A model generated the notes under the pieces. That model worked only from the letters and a program-made list of their open reading frames with translations, made no database searches and was not told the DNA's origin. DNA of 64,000 nucleotides from Octopus sinensis (Eukaryota), in contig NC_042997.1 in NCBI RefSeq assembly GCF_006345805.1, positions 84,444,001 through 84,508,000 on the forward strand. The letters are read 5' to 3'. Shown here piece by piece: positions 35,240-46,300 of this stretch (positions within the stretch are counted from its first letter, which is position 1; each line of letters opens with the position of its first letter). The translations under genes and the position numbers were made by a program.

Positions 35240-35640
35240 AGATGGTTGGTGATAGCTCGCTGGATCTCCTGGCTTAGGTCGGCCTTCATATTTTCTAGGT
35301 ATGTCAGTAAAAAAGAGTTACTTGTTTGGTTTGCCACTTGGTCAGAGGATACATATTTCATGTTGGCGTTGTTTGGTGTTTTTTCATGGTTCTGTCTACG
35401 TTGTTTGATTGTGGGAGGGGAAACGTGGTTGTATTTTGTTCTTGTTGTTGTCCTAGATTTCCTCTGTTCCTGTTTATATTTATTCTGTGATCGTTTTGTG
35501 CCCTTCAGATGGTGGTGGTTGCATTCTGGGTTCAGGCACATCTTTTGTGAGACAGACGTTTGGCACAGTTTAGGATGGAATAAGGTGCATCCATTGCCTT
35601 TTAGGGGTGGTATTGAAAATTTCTTGGCTTAGAGGAAATT
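35179..35640 (-). pseudogene. LINE ORF1 C-terminal part with Cys/His zinc-finger-like repeats
   Basis: GCTLFHPKLCQTSVSQKMCLNPECNHHHLKGT, then a basic coil; upstream part disrupted. Confidence 0.7.
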
Positions 35641-35776
35641 TGCAAAGGCCTGGCTGGAGGCCCAACCTTCCGAGTTCTTTTACAGAGCTTAGAAGTACCG
35701 CTGCAATAATCTGAGAGGGGAATATGTTCAAGAAAATCATAACTAAATGATCCTCGTTTATTTTCTATTATATATA

Positions 35777-35836
<60 letters not shown>

Positions 35837-35990
35837 GAGGAAAGTACCCGCATGCTAGAAATAGAAATCAAAGCGACCCTAAACTACCTAAATCACTTAT
35901 ATGCACTTGTGGAAGTGAGGAAATGAGTAAAAACAGATGACTAGCGGACCTTTTGTTAATAAAAATCACAAGTAATAAACAGATGATCCC

Positions 35991-36047
35991 ATATCAATCG
36001 ATTTCAGGCCCTGTAGTAAAAGCTTAGCCCTCGTCAGTTAGATTTAC
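35991..36047 (-). ncRNA. Degenerate hammerhead-like motif
   Basis: Minus AUCUAA-CUGACGA-GGGCU..GGCCU-GAAA-UCGAU-U-GAUAUG; stem II 5 bp with wobbles; palindromic stem III AUCGAU; stem I appears to have lost about 3 nt. Confidence 0.5.
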
Positions 36048-36186
36048 CGCAAATAAGTATATATATGTCAATGTATTCACATGTATGTACTTTTCCCAGT
36101 ATTCTTCATTATAATTTTATATTCATATATAATTATAGACTTATATTAATTTTTACCTCTACGGTCTTAAGGAATACTCGCCACTG

Positions 36187-36187
36187 A

Positions 36188-36229
<42 letters not shown>

Positions 36230-36264
36230 TATTATTATTATATTATTATATTATTATATTATTA

Positions 36265-36301
<37 letters not shown>

Positions 36302-36302
36302 T
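36187..36302. repeat. (ATT)n microsatellite
   Basis: Direct reading. Confidence 0.95.
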
Positions 36303-37209
36303 TATCCTTGAAATATGTATATGCAGGAAATGGATAAATGTTATAGGGTCGCCTCTAGGAATAGAATTTTATACTCGCTGTAAAAAAGTATACCCGTGTT
36401 AACCATTACGCATTACGCAGCATGAACTGTCTACATTAAAAGTGTTATCCACACGAGAATCTTCGTACCGGCAACGTGTCACAAGGAACTTATTCCACAC
36501 AGCATAATGGTTTGGTATTATATATAATTTGTATATAAAAAAGGCGTCGACTTTTAGGAGTATGCCTTAATGTTCATATGAGTCTTCACTATTCAACATA
36601 CCATAGGAAAATAAAAAAATTGTACCCTGAAGGGAGAGCTTTAGACTTAATTGTTCAGTGTAGAAATCACAGGTGCTACACTGGCGATTCCAAACAGAGC
36701 TTCCAAAAATAGGAATGCTGATTCATCCATCGTCTTGCAGCAATGAAGAGAACAAATGTAAGCAAGAGAGTCAAACTGCAGGAGACAATGGGAAGGGCAA
36801 GAAAGAAACTAAAACGTAAAAGAAAGGAATCACACCCATCCCCACCCAAGATGAAGTGAGCAAAGACATCGCATTGAAGTTCATAGCTCATCATACAAAA
36901 AAAAAGAAGAAAAAAGTAGGACTTCTGAAAGACATAACGGATGTATATGGCTATTTAGGGACAAATTCGATACAGTTTAGCAAGGAAATTGGGTCCAGTT
37001 ATGTGGATTGTATGAAAGGGAAAATATTAATAAAAATATCCGAACAAGTTTCCGGACAGCTTTACATAAAACATCACCAGATAATAAACGTTTCCTTGGT
37101 CACTTTAACTTCAAAACAGTTCAACTGCATCATTGAGATGTACGTAAATTGTGAAATAAGAAAAAAGACATGATAGGAGGAGAGAATAATAGTTAGAAGA
37201 AGATCTGGT

Positions 37210-37340
37210 GTGATGTATGTATGTATGTATGTATGTATGTATGTATGTATGTATGTATGTATGTATGTATGTATGCATGTATGTATGCATGTATGTATGT
37301 ATGTATGTATGTATGTATGTATGTATGTATGTATGTATGT
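37210..37340. repeat. (TATG)n microsatellite
   Basis: Direct reading. Confidence 0.95.
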
Positions 37341-38109
37341 AGGTGCGGTTTGTGTGTATATGTATACGTGTGTGTGTATATCTATGTATGAGTATTTATG
37401 TTAATAAAGAAACTGTTGTTGTTATGTATTCTGGATGAGTTCTGGCAGAATTATTAGACGGGGAGAAAATAACATTATATATTTCTTCCTATTCTTGATA
37501 ATCTGGTTTCAAATCCTACCTAAGTCAACATTGTCTTTTATCCTTTCAAGGTGGATGAATAAAGTAGCAGTCAAGCGATGTGTTTGATGATGTCGACTGA
37601 TCCCCGCCTCTCAAAATTACCGGTCTAGTGTCTTAATCAGTAATAATAATTAGTATTCACATTATTCACATTAATGCGGTGAGCTGAGAGAACTACTGTA
37701 GTTTGATGTGATGATTCCTGCCACCAAAATTTCTGGTTTTGTGCTTTTGCTGGAAATCAAAGTAGCATTATCTTGATAAACATGTTTGGATTTAATCTGA
37801 AATCTTAAGGAACAACATGGGATAATTTCAAGCTATCATTTAGGGAGAGTTTGAAATTGATTTTCTTACTTCTCTGTAATCTGAACTCAAAGTTTACATG
37901 GATTAATTTGAATTGTAGTTAACCTGAAATTGCTGAGTAGTGGGAATTGAAATCAGAAGGGAAACATGCGTAACAAAATATTGTTCCCCGTTTAGTTCTG
38001 TTATCTAGAATCTCTGCTACATGAATCTCACTATTTACTTACTATTACCATAACACAAAACATGAACACCGAGAAATGTGACGTTAAGGCTGATCGTACA
38101 AAAGGAGCA

Positions 38110-38335
38110 TTTACATGATTTGCTCGACCTGCTACCAAGAAATAACAGCAAAATCTCCCTAAGAAAAAAGAAATCCGCTTGCCATGAAACACTATACAAA
38201 AAAAACGGGATGCCTTTGATAATGTTGTCCTACATACATTATGCCTGAATAAAAGACGGAATGGTCACAGCTGGAACGCCTTTGATCATAGGTCCGTTCG
38301 ATCAGAGCTGACCTGAGGCTAATCAACAACAAGTT
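38110..38335 (-). mobile_element. Interspersed repeat family D (SINE-like)
   Basis: Minus ttgattagcctcaggtcagctctgatcgaacggacctatgatcaaaggcgttccagctgtgaccat..gggagattttgctgttatttc; related copies at about 41510-41700 (+), 47155-47335 (+) and 63190-63220 (-). Confidence 0.65.
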
Positions 38336-39214
38336 TTTCACAAGGAACAATATTAATACCCCGCCTCTCACTGATACGTGTGCAGAAACATACACATATA
38401 AACGCGTGTACATTCACACAAATACATAAATATAAATAATATAAAACAAATACAAAGAATGGATAAAATAAAATGAATAAATACATAAGTCAGTAAATAA
38501 ATAAATGTCATAGTTTGGTAGTGTTGGCAGATAGATATTTTGTTGTTGAAAAATAGTGAGAAGAAAGAAAAGAGAGGAGGAACACTTCTTTCGAACAAAT
38601 GCGATGCACACAAAAGCCATTTTTCTTTTTCTGTGTTGGTGTCAATAAATGTTGAGATTGCATGGTTGGTAGACACAAGTGATCGATCTTTTTTTTTTGT
38701 TTCTTTGTCCTTCCCATAAGACTAACTTTTGACCTGTGACCTGCTCCCTCAGTAGCCTCGAGACAGACAAGCATGACAACCAAAACCAACATGCATTTAT
38801 TTATTTTATTTTTGCATTTGATTACTTTTACTTTTATTTATTGTTTTCATTCATTTTTTTTCATTTTCACTCAGTTTTTTTCTTTAAATTCTTTTTGACG
38901 AATCCTTTAATACATCCAATCATCCATCCATCCATTCTGTCAACCAACCAACTAACCATCCATCCAACCATCCAACCAGCCAACAAACCGCCAGCCGACC
39001 GATCGACTCACTGACCCACCGATCCACCGACCAACCGGCCCAACATCACCAATCTAATAAAACAGCTTTACTAAGACTATTTCTATAATGCAGCGTCATG
39101 AGTCACATTATTGTCTATTTCGGCGGTAAATATAATAAAATTGCAACCATTCAGAGAAGATTAGATTGGTTTTTGCTCATCATTGACTTCAACATTCGTG
39201 AAGCGTTCCACATT

Positions 39215-39675
39215 ATATACGGTGGTGGATTAGCAGAATCGATAAAATATGGAATAAGATGCATTCCTTCATTCAATTAATTTTACGCCATGAGTTCAAG
39301 TTCCACTGAAGTCGACTTTACCTTTCAAATAAGGTCAATTTTTTTTTTATTGAAGTTGTTATGTAATTGACTATCGCCTTATACCAAATTGTGTATCCTT
39401 GTACCAAAATTAGAAACTAGTCGCCGAAGTCGATTTTGCATATCGGGGTCGATAAAATAAGTACCAGTTGAACAGTGTGGTCGATGAAATCGACGTATTC
39501 CCTCACCCCAACTTGCTGACCTTGTGTCAAAATTTGAAATCAATATTAGAAACCAGTCATCGAGGTCGACGTTGCCTTTCATCCTTTCAACAGCACTGGG
39601 GTCGATGTAGTCGACTCACCTCTTCCTCGAATTGCTGGCCTTAAGCCAAAATTTGAAACCAGTATTAGAAAGTAG
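39215..39675 (+). mobile_element. SINE family A head followed by three tandem 3' halves
   Basis: Units end ccaaaatt(a/t)gaaa..tattagaaa at about 39420, 39555 and 39672. Confidence 0.7.
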
Positions 39676-40179
39676 CAGTGCTAGTGGAAAATGCGCGAGT
39701 ATTTTAAAAACTTTAACTCTATAAAAACTATGAAACGCATAATATCTTTTTCGGAATTGTATTTTTCCTGCAACCTTCGATTTTTGAGACAGTGTAAAAT
39801 CTTATATGTGTAGTATTGAAGGTGCAGTCTTACAAAAGAACATCTTTGAAAGCTATATTATTTATTATACACTTATCACTTCTTTGTCCTTGAAAGTTAT
39901 TATCTATTTTTTTTCACCTTAAGTCGAGAAGTAAACCACCTTAATTATTAAGCATAATGGAAGATATAGTATATCTATGATATTGTATTGCTACATTGGT
40001 AAAGTGTAAGCTATTCTTAAGACGTTGTGTTCTATCCTTATTTTCTTATCCGAAAAATGTTTATCTGGTTGAACTTAAACCCACGATCCCATTGAGCATC
40101 GTATAGTCATTGCGCCAATGACCCGAGGAATCTAGTAAATAAATAAGATCTGTAATTTAGCCACCGGCATAACTTTATG

Positions 40180-40540
40180 ATAAAAAGTTCGCTTCCTAAT
40201 CGTATCTTCGTAATCATATCTTTCTGGGTTCGATCCCAATGTGTTACCATATGCGCAAGTGTCTCTTATACAACCTCAAACTGGTTAATGCTTTGAATGA
40301 AATTTAGTCGGCACAAACTGCATGGAAGCGCGCTATATGTATGTATATACGTATGTATGTATGTATGTGTTTATATTTATGCTGCTCATAAAGACAGTGA
40401 TTTGGCAAATACACATTGATTAGATAGGAACCAAACTTTACAATGAGTACTTGGGTCGATAAACTCGACTAAACCATTGAAAGCAATGCCCCAGTATGGC
40501 TGCAATGCAATATCCAGTAAAAGATTATATACATAAAACA
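40180..40540 (+). mobile_element. SINE family B (decayed)
   Basis: gttcgcttcctaatcg..gggttcgatcccaatgtg..gcaagtgtctcttatacaacctc..gggtcgataaactcgactaa..ccagtatggctgcaatg. Confidence 0.65.
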
Positions 40541-40654
40541 GTATCAGTCAAATTTCTTTATGAGTAAATATAAATAACATATATGTCATGTCGCTAATAG
40601 ATTGTCTTTGATTTCTTTCTGTAGTTGGTGAGTTAAACATAAACGGAAACATAA

Positions 40655-40850
40655 TAATGGTTTCAAATTTTGGCACAAAGCGAGCAATTTTAGGGAAGTG
40701 GGTAAATTGATTACATCGATTTCAGTGTTCAACTATTACTTATTTTATTGACTCCAAAATTCGACCTCAGCAGAATTTGAACTCAGAACGCAAAGACGAA
40801 ATGTCGCTAAGCATTTTTCCCGGTGTGCTAACGATTCTTCCAGTTCACCG
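40655..40850 (-). mobile_element. SINE family A
   Basis: tggtttcaaattttggcacaaagc..tcgacctcagcagaatttgaactcagaacg..gctaagcatttttcccggtgtgctaacgattc. Confidence 0.8.
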
Positions 40851-41098
40851 TTTTCTGGAAGCAGAATAATAACAATAAAGAAATAAGCAGACAGCTAATT
40901 ACACTAAGGGGAATGCATTGAGTGATTGTTAATTAAAATAAAATACCTTTTTCTCCACTTTTCACTACTAACACGTTCCCTCCACGAAACAGGTTTCTCT
41001 ACCCCACTCTCCTTCCCTCTCTCCCCCCTCTCTCTCCCTATTTTTGCTTCTCCTGTTAACATACTTGATACATATACAGAGTAATATTAGGACCGTTA

Positions 41099-41312
41099 TT
41101 AAGGCGGTGAAATGGAAGATTCTTTACCGCACCGGGCAAAATGCTTAGCGGCATTTCGTCCATCTTCTTGTTCTGAGCTCAAATTCCGCTGAAGCCTTTC
41201 ATCCTTCCGGGGCCGATAAAATAAGTACCAGCTGAGCACTGGGGTCGATGTAATTGACTTCCCCTTCTCTTGAAATTTCTGGCCTTGTGCCAAAATCTGA
41301 AACCAATATTAG
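41099..41312 (+). mobile_element. SINE family A
   Basis: aaggcggtgaaatgg..gcaaaatgcttagcggcatttcg..cctttcatccttccggggccgataaaataagtaccag..ccaaaatctgaaaccaatatt. Confidence 0.85.
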
Positions 41313-42064
41313 GATCACTATCTGTTACTCTTTTGGTCTTGAACTCGTAGAATCCTTAGAGTGTTGGATAAAACGACTTGCATATGTTATTTCCGTTCTT
41401 TACGTTCTGAGTTCAAATATCGGCAGATTTTCATTCTACCGTATCCAATAAAAGTAACATTATCTGTTCCTCTGTTCGCAACTGAACAAGTTGTAGTTTA
41501 ACAGAACGACGGACCTGACCGATCTGATCTATAATCAAAGACATTCCAGCTTTGACCACTCCATATTTTATTCAGAGTCAATTTAGTAATCTATTATCAA
41601 ACATATCCAATTTGTAAAGACTTTAGGCTGTAATTTGATGAAAATTTGGCTGCTGCTTCTCGCAGAGTCAAGTAGCTGCGTAGAGACATCTATGGCTCAA
41701 ACTGAAAATGTTTCAAGGGTTATCAGATTGATGATAGATAGAAAAGAATACCAATCTTTAATCTTTACTTTAACTTGTTTCAATCATTGAAATGCAGCCA
41801 TGCCCCGACATGGCAGCAGTCCGATGATAGAAACAAGTAAAAGTAAAGATAAAAAAATGTTCCTCATGCTATGTAATGTCCGTCGCTCCTTTATGTTTTT
41901 AGTATGTGTGTGTGTGTGCAAAAGATCTATTTTTTGCCAATATAACAAGCACAAACCCCACTACTGCGTTTGAATTAAATTTAACAGAAATTACTTTCAA
42001 TATGTATGGATGCATATTCTGCACTATAATATTGCATTGAAAAGCATTTCCCCAGCTCGTTCTA

Positions 42065-42435
42065 GAATCTTTTCTCCTTTACTTGTTTCAGTCATTAGAC
42101 TGTGGCCATGTTGAGGCACCGCCCTGAAGAAGTCTTAGTCGAATGCATTGACCCTAGTATTTATTTTTTAAATCCTGGTACTTATTGTATCGGTTTCTTA
42201 TACTGAACCGAACCGCTAAGTTATGGGGACGTAAACACACCAGCACTGGTTGTCATGCGATGTGGAGGGAGTGGAGAACAGGCAAAAAGACACACACGCG
42301 ACGAGCTTCTTTCAGTTTCCATTTACCAAATTTACTCACAAGGATTTGGTCGGTACTTACCCAATGTGCCACACAATGGAACTGAATCTGGAACCATGTG
42401 ACTGGGAACCAAGCTTCTTACCTCACAGTCCCGCC
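42065..42435 (-). mobile_element. SINE family B
   Basis: tttacttgtttcagtcattagactgtggccatg..gaaccgctaagttatggggacgtaaacacaccagc..ttcagtttccatttaccaaatttactcacaagg. Confidence 0.8.
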
Positions 42436-43239
42436 TTCACTTATAATATTGCATTGTAAAACATTTCTAGATCTGTGGTAAGCTCTCAAGAAGCCATATC
42501 GGGGACATACTTTTGATTCGAAGTTTCAGAGCGATGTCATTTAATTCCCTTCCTTGTACTTTTCTCTCAGCACGACGTTAGCAAGATGACGGTGCATCAT
42601 GAATATTTTGATGAGATCCTGACAAAATTTAACTTTAGTAGGGAATATAGAATGCTTGGAGTTTAGTTCTACAACAGCAGCAGCTGTGTGCAGTTGATCT
42701 GTAGTTTTCTGTATAATGTGACAGTGAGTTCAGAAAAGGTGGAGATGGAAGTGGGATACAGTGAATTTTACCGTTGAATTTCAACAGAAAGGCTCTATTA
42801 TCAGATATGTTATAGAATAGAACCAAGCAGAAATAGTATCACCATCGCTACCAGACAATCCCTTTTGAATTTCTTTTGCGCGCTACTAATAGCTTCTTTA
42901 TATTTCGGTTAATCATAGAGAAGTTAGTCGGAAGGATAAAAAAATCAAACTTTTTTTTTAATAAATTCAACAGTCATCAAAGTTCGATGCCTCCTCGTTC
43001 TCACTTTCAGTGTTCACAATTCAGACTAAAGCGAAATAAATTGCTCACAGATTAAATTTGTCATGGACACCATCCGCATATTCATTAGACAGTTAGGTAA
43101 TTGTCCATGAACAAGAAATATTTATTACTTAATATTACTTGTTTCTTTCTTTCTGCATATATGAATATAATTTAGTTGTTTAATGGGCTAATCATTAAAC
43201 ATGTTTTCACCTATATTACTGTCTGGAGCAAATTGACAT

Positions 43240-43680
43240 TACTAGAAGCTGTGAATCGAAATTGGGTCGCGGATAAGATGTGTAGTAAATTTACATCATT
43301 GCTACAGCGTTTGCTATGTGATTTAAAATTAATTCGTCAGAGATTGACAAAGAACAAAGCTCCAGGGTTTGTGGGTTGTGAGTTTAGATCGTGTGAAGAA
43401 TGTGGAACGGCATACCAGGGAGTATTGTTTAAGTGGACAAGGTGTAGGCAGCAGACAACCTGTGGCGCTAGGACTAGTTAGGTGGCTTAAAGTACAAGGT
43501 TTGCAGGTCAAGCTTTGTGATACAATAGAAAACGCTGAGATCTCATCCAACTAACCGGAGAGTGATGACACAGTGACTGCTATGTAAAATCTGATTTCTT
43601 TGGGGCTGTGGTGGAGAGTCCAGAGTGTTTGAAGGGTTAGTGTGTTTAGAATATCTGTGAATGTTAGTCTGTATGTCTGG
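43240..43680 (-). pseudogene. Decayed LINE fragment: ORF1 end / APE start (CR1/L2-group, tentative)
   Basis: Minus HKPWSFVLCQSLTN..LHILSATQF weakly resembles KP..LSF.NIRGLRSN..PHLL.LTETQ. Confidence 0.4.
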
Positions 43681-44006
43681 CGATTTAAAAATCGGGTTTA
43701 GTACGGCAATGAAGATCTAGATGACATGTAATATACATATATATATATATATAATTTCGTATGTTTAGATACAGGGAATAATTTAAAACGGTACAAGAAA
43801 ATGTTGCTGCTATTTATTTATAGAAATATAAGTCATTTCAACCTGATACATTCTGTCACTCTTAAACAATGCCTACCAGGGTTTGCTCCTATCCTCGCTA
43901 AACTTTCTAATCTTTCTAATCTCTTTTCCCCTTCTCCTTCCCATCCCCCCCTCTCTGCCTTTGTCTGTCAGTGTACCTGTGTGTGTGTGTCTGTCTATCT
44001 GTCTGT

Positions 44007-44044
<38 letters not shown>

Positions 44045-44099
44045 CGATATATATTCCGTTCTTTGGAAACAATGTAAATAGTTTAGTCACCACCAATTA

Positions 44100-44420
44100 C
44101 TAGCTCTTTCTCTACAAAAATCATTTAAGATCCACAATGGAATTCTGCCCCCACATCTGGAGAGGTGCTGTTACTTCTCTATTAGATATTCTAGACTGTG
44201 TCCAATACACTACAAGACTGCTGATTGGCATGAGATTGTTCACAAAACCCCTCCAACCGCTGACCCAGGGATTTGCTAGTATTACTCCCCGATTGTTTTA
44301 TCGCCATTATATTGGCTGCTTCTCCTCAGAGGTGGGTAGTCTCGTGTTAACATTCACTCAGACACGTCACTTTTTTCAGTACCCATATTTTGTCCAGCCT
44401 CTAGATCCATGTTCAATCCT
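44100..44420 (+). pseudogene. CR1/L2-group LINE ORF2 C-terminal fragment
   Basis: YKNHLRSTMEFCPHIWRGA..LDILDCVQ..LQPL..LFYRHYIGCFSSE (cf. YKAQIRP.MEYCSHIWGG..LLDRVQ..LQPLS.RR..SLFYRYY.G.CSSEL). Confidence 0.8.
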
Positions 44421-45799
44421 TTCTTCCCCTAGCCAAGTCGGCGGCTTTCAAGAATTCTCACTCTACGCATGTTTTATCGTCGTTGTAAAGTCAGACGAAA
44501 TGCCGCTAAGCATTTTGCTTGGTACGCTAGCGGTTCTGCCAGCTCGCCGTAATGCCAAATAATGTCAGAAATTTAGGTAAAAACTTGAGCTGGAGAGGTC
44601 AATCTAGACTGAAATATGTGCTTTTGGATGTTTAAAACGTTCTACCTTCGAGTTCCTGATGCCATCATCCTTCTCTCTACATTTTTTCGATTTCGTCTTG
44701 AATAATTTTATCCGGCGTGTGCTTCCTATACTAAACAAGATAGTATGAGAATTGCAGTGCATCAGAGGTCAATTACAGTGAATAAATAAATGACCTGACA
44801 GATCTTGGCAAACGAAATTGTCTCAAATACTAGCCTCTCCAACGTTGCCGTCATATCATTTGTACCATATAGAAAATATATTCTATTAACAACGTCCAAA
44901 CGTGTTATGAAGTTTACAAATCGTCCGAAGTAGGCTCCCGTATTACATGCTTGTTATAAAAAAAAGCCGTGCTCACAACTCATAACAACATTGCAACACC
45001 AGTTTTTTTTAAACTTTCAATTGTTCATTCTTTATCCAACTTTTACGCGAAAGAAATCAAAGTATAAAACTAAAAGAAAAAAATTCATAGCATTTGAATA
45101 GCACCTGGGAAAATTTCTCCAAAAAATACCAGTCATACCACCAACATCCGGATACATTTAACCAACAACAACCCCCCTACACAGATGGGGTATGATGTGA
45201 TACTAATACGTTAGACGTGAACTTGGGCACTAATGGTCAAAGCCAAAGCTATTTGAATTATGTAAGTACAATGATGATTTGACATTAATTACCACTACTT
45301 TTCTTTATAGCTTATCGTTTACTACACTAATACCATGTCTATACACTATAGCTGCCACATTAAGTACTATATGTTATGATATCAGCTGCCACTATATCTG
45401 TCTATTGACAATAGTTACCACACTAACTACCACGATGGCTATCTATAGACAGTCTATAAATATATATGAAATACTTTTCATCGTAAGTCTCAAAGTGGTT
45501 AAATAACAAAACAACACAATTCCCAAGTATGGTGACTATAGCCGATAGACAGAAATAGCAATAGTTAACGTGTTGGCTAAAATCTGTAGATACAGCACTA
45601 TTTATTGTAATTAGTATAATGTCAGATATTGTGCTACTTAATATATAAATATATTTGGTCGAATTTGTACGATCTGTATGTGAAGAGTCAAGAGAGATAT
45701 ATTAAGAAACGGTTCAAAGTTACTTTCTTACTTTCTCTTGGACTTGTTACAATTAAAACTGACTGCACACGCACCGCCAACCCCTCGGAAAATATGATT

Positions 45800-46300
45800 T
45801 GAACGTGTGAGTTCCGTAGGTCATCCAATGAAGGCGAATTTCAATGTCCATCTTGCACTTCAGCGGTTTGGTAATCATGGGTAAGTGGAAAATTTTAGTG
45901 GGGTGCAGTCTTTGGGCGGGAAAACTGGGAGATGTTTTAGTTCGTAGTTTGGAGGATTGACGTAAGGAAGATGTAAGGGCATGAGGCTTACTAGTTCGGA
46001 GGAGCATCAGCCGTTGTAGTAGCGGTATAGATGTCAGGGCAATGAAACGGAATCTATCGGTAACTTGTTCTACTGTTTTCGTAATTGAAGTTTCGGCTGT
46101 TAACCAGATATCCAAAGATTTGGATGATGCATAAAGTGCTTCTGTGTGAAGCAGCTGCTCCGACCTGCATATTTGAGCAGTAATGAAATTTGGGTTTCAA
46201 AATCAGGGCTGAAGCATTTTGTGATCCTGAACTGGAAATCAGGTAACTGATATGAAGTGTTGGCAATGTTGTAGAAGTGTGGTTATCATGAAAGAGCTTT
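45800..46300 (-). pseudogene. CR1/L2-group LINE ORF2 C-terminal fragment (opposite orientation)
   Basis: Minus KFHYCSNMQVGAAASHRSTL and YRYYNG*CSSEL. Confidence 0.65.

Larger units (their letters stand above)
32173..35765 (-). mobile_element. Near-full-length CR1/L2-group LINE (ORF1 remnant plus APE-RT ORF2) inside (TA)n
   Basis: Cys/His-rich ORF1, APE and RT motifs in order. 3' tail TCTAAGTTTATCTAAGTCTAAGTTTA. (TA)n at 32157-32172 and 35768-35832. Confidence 0.95.
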
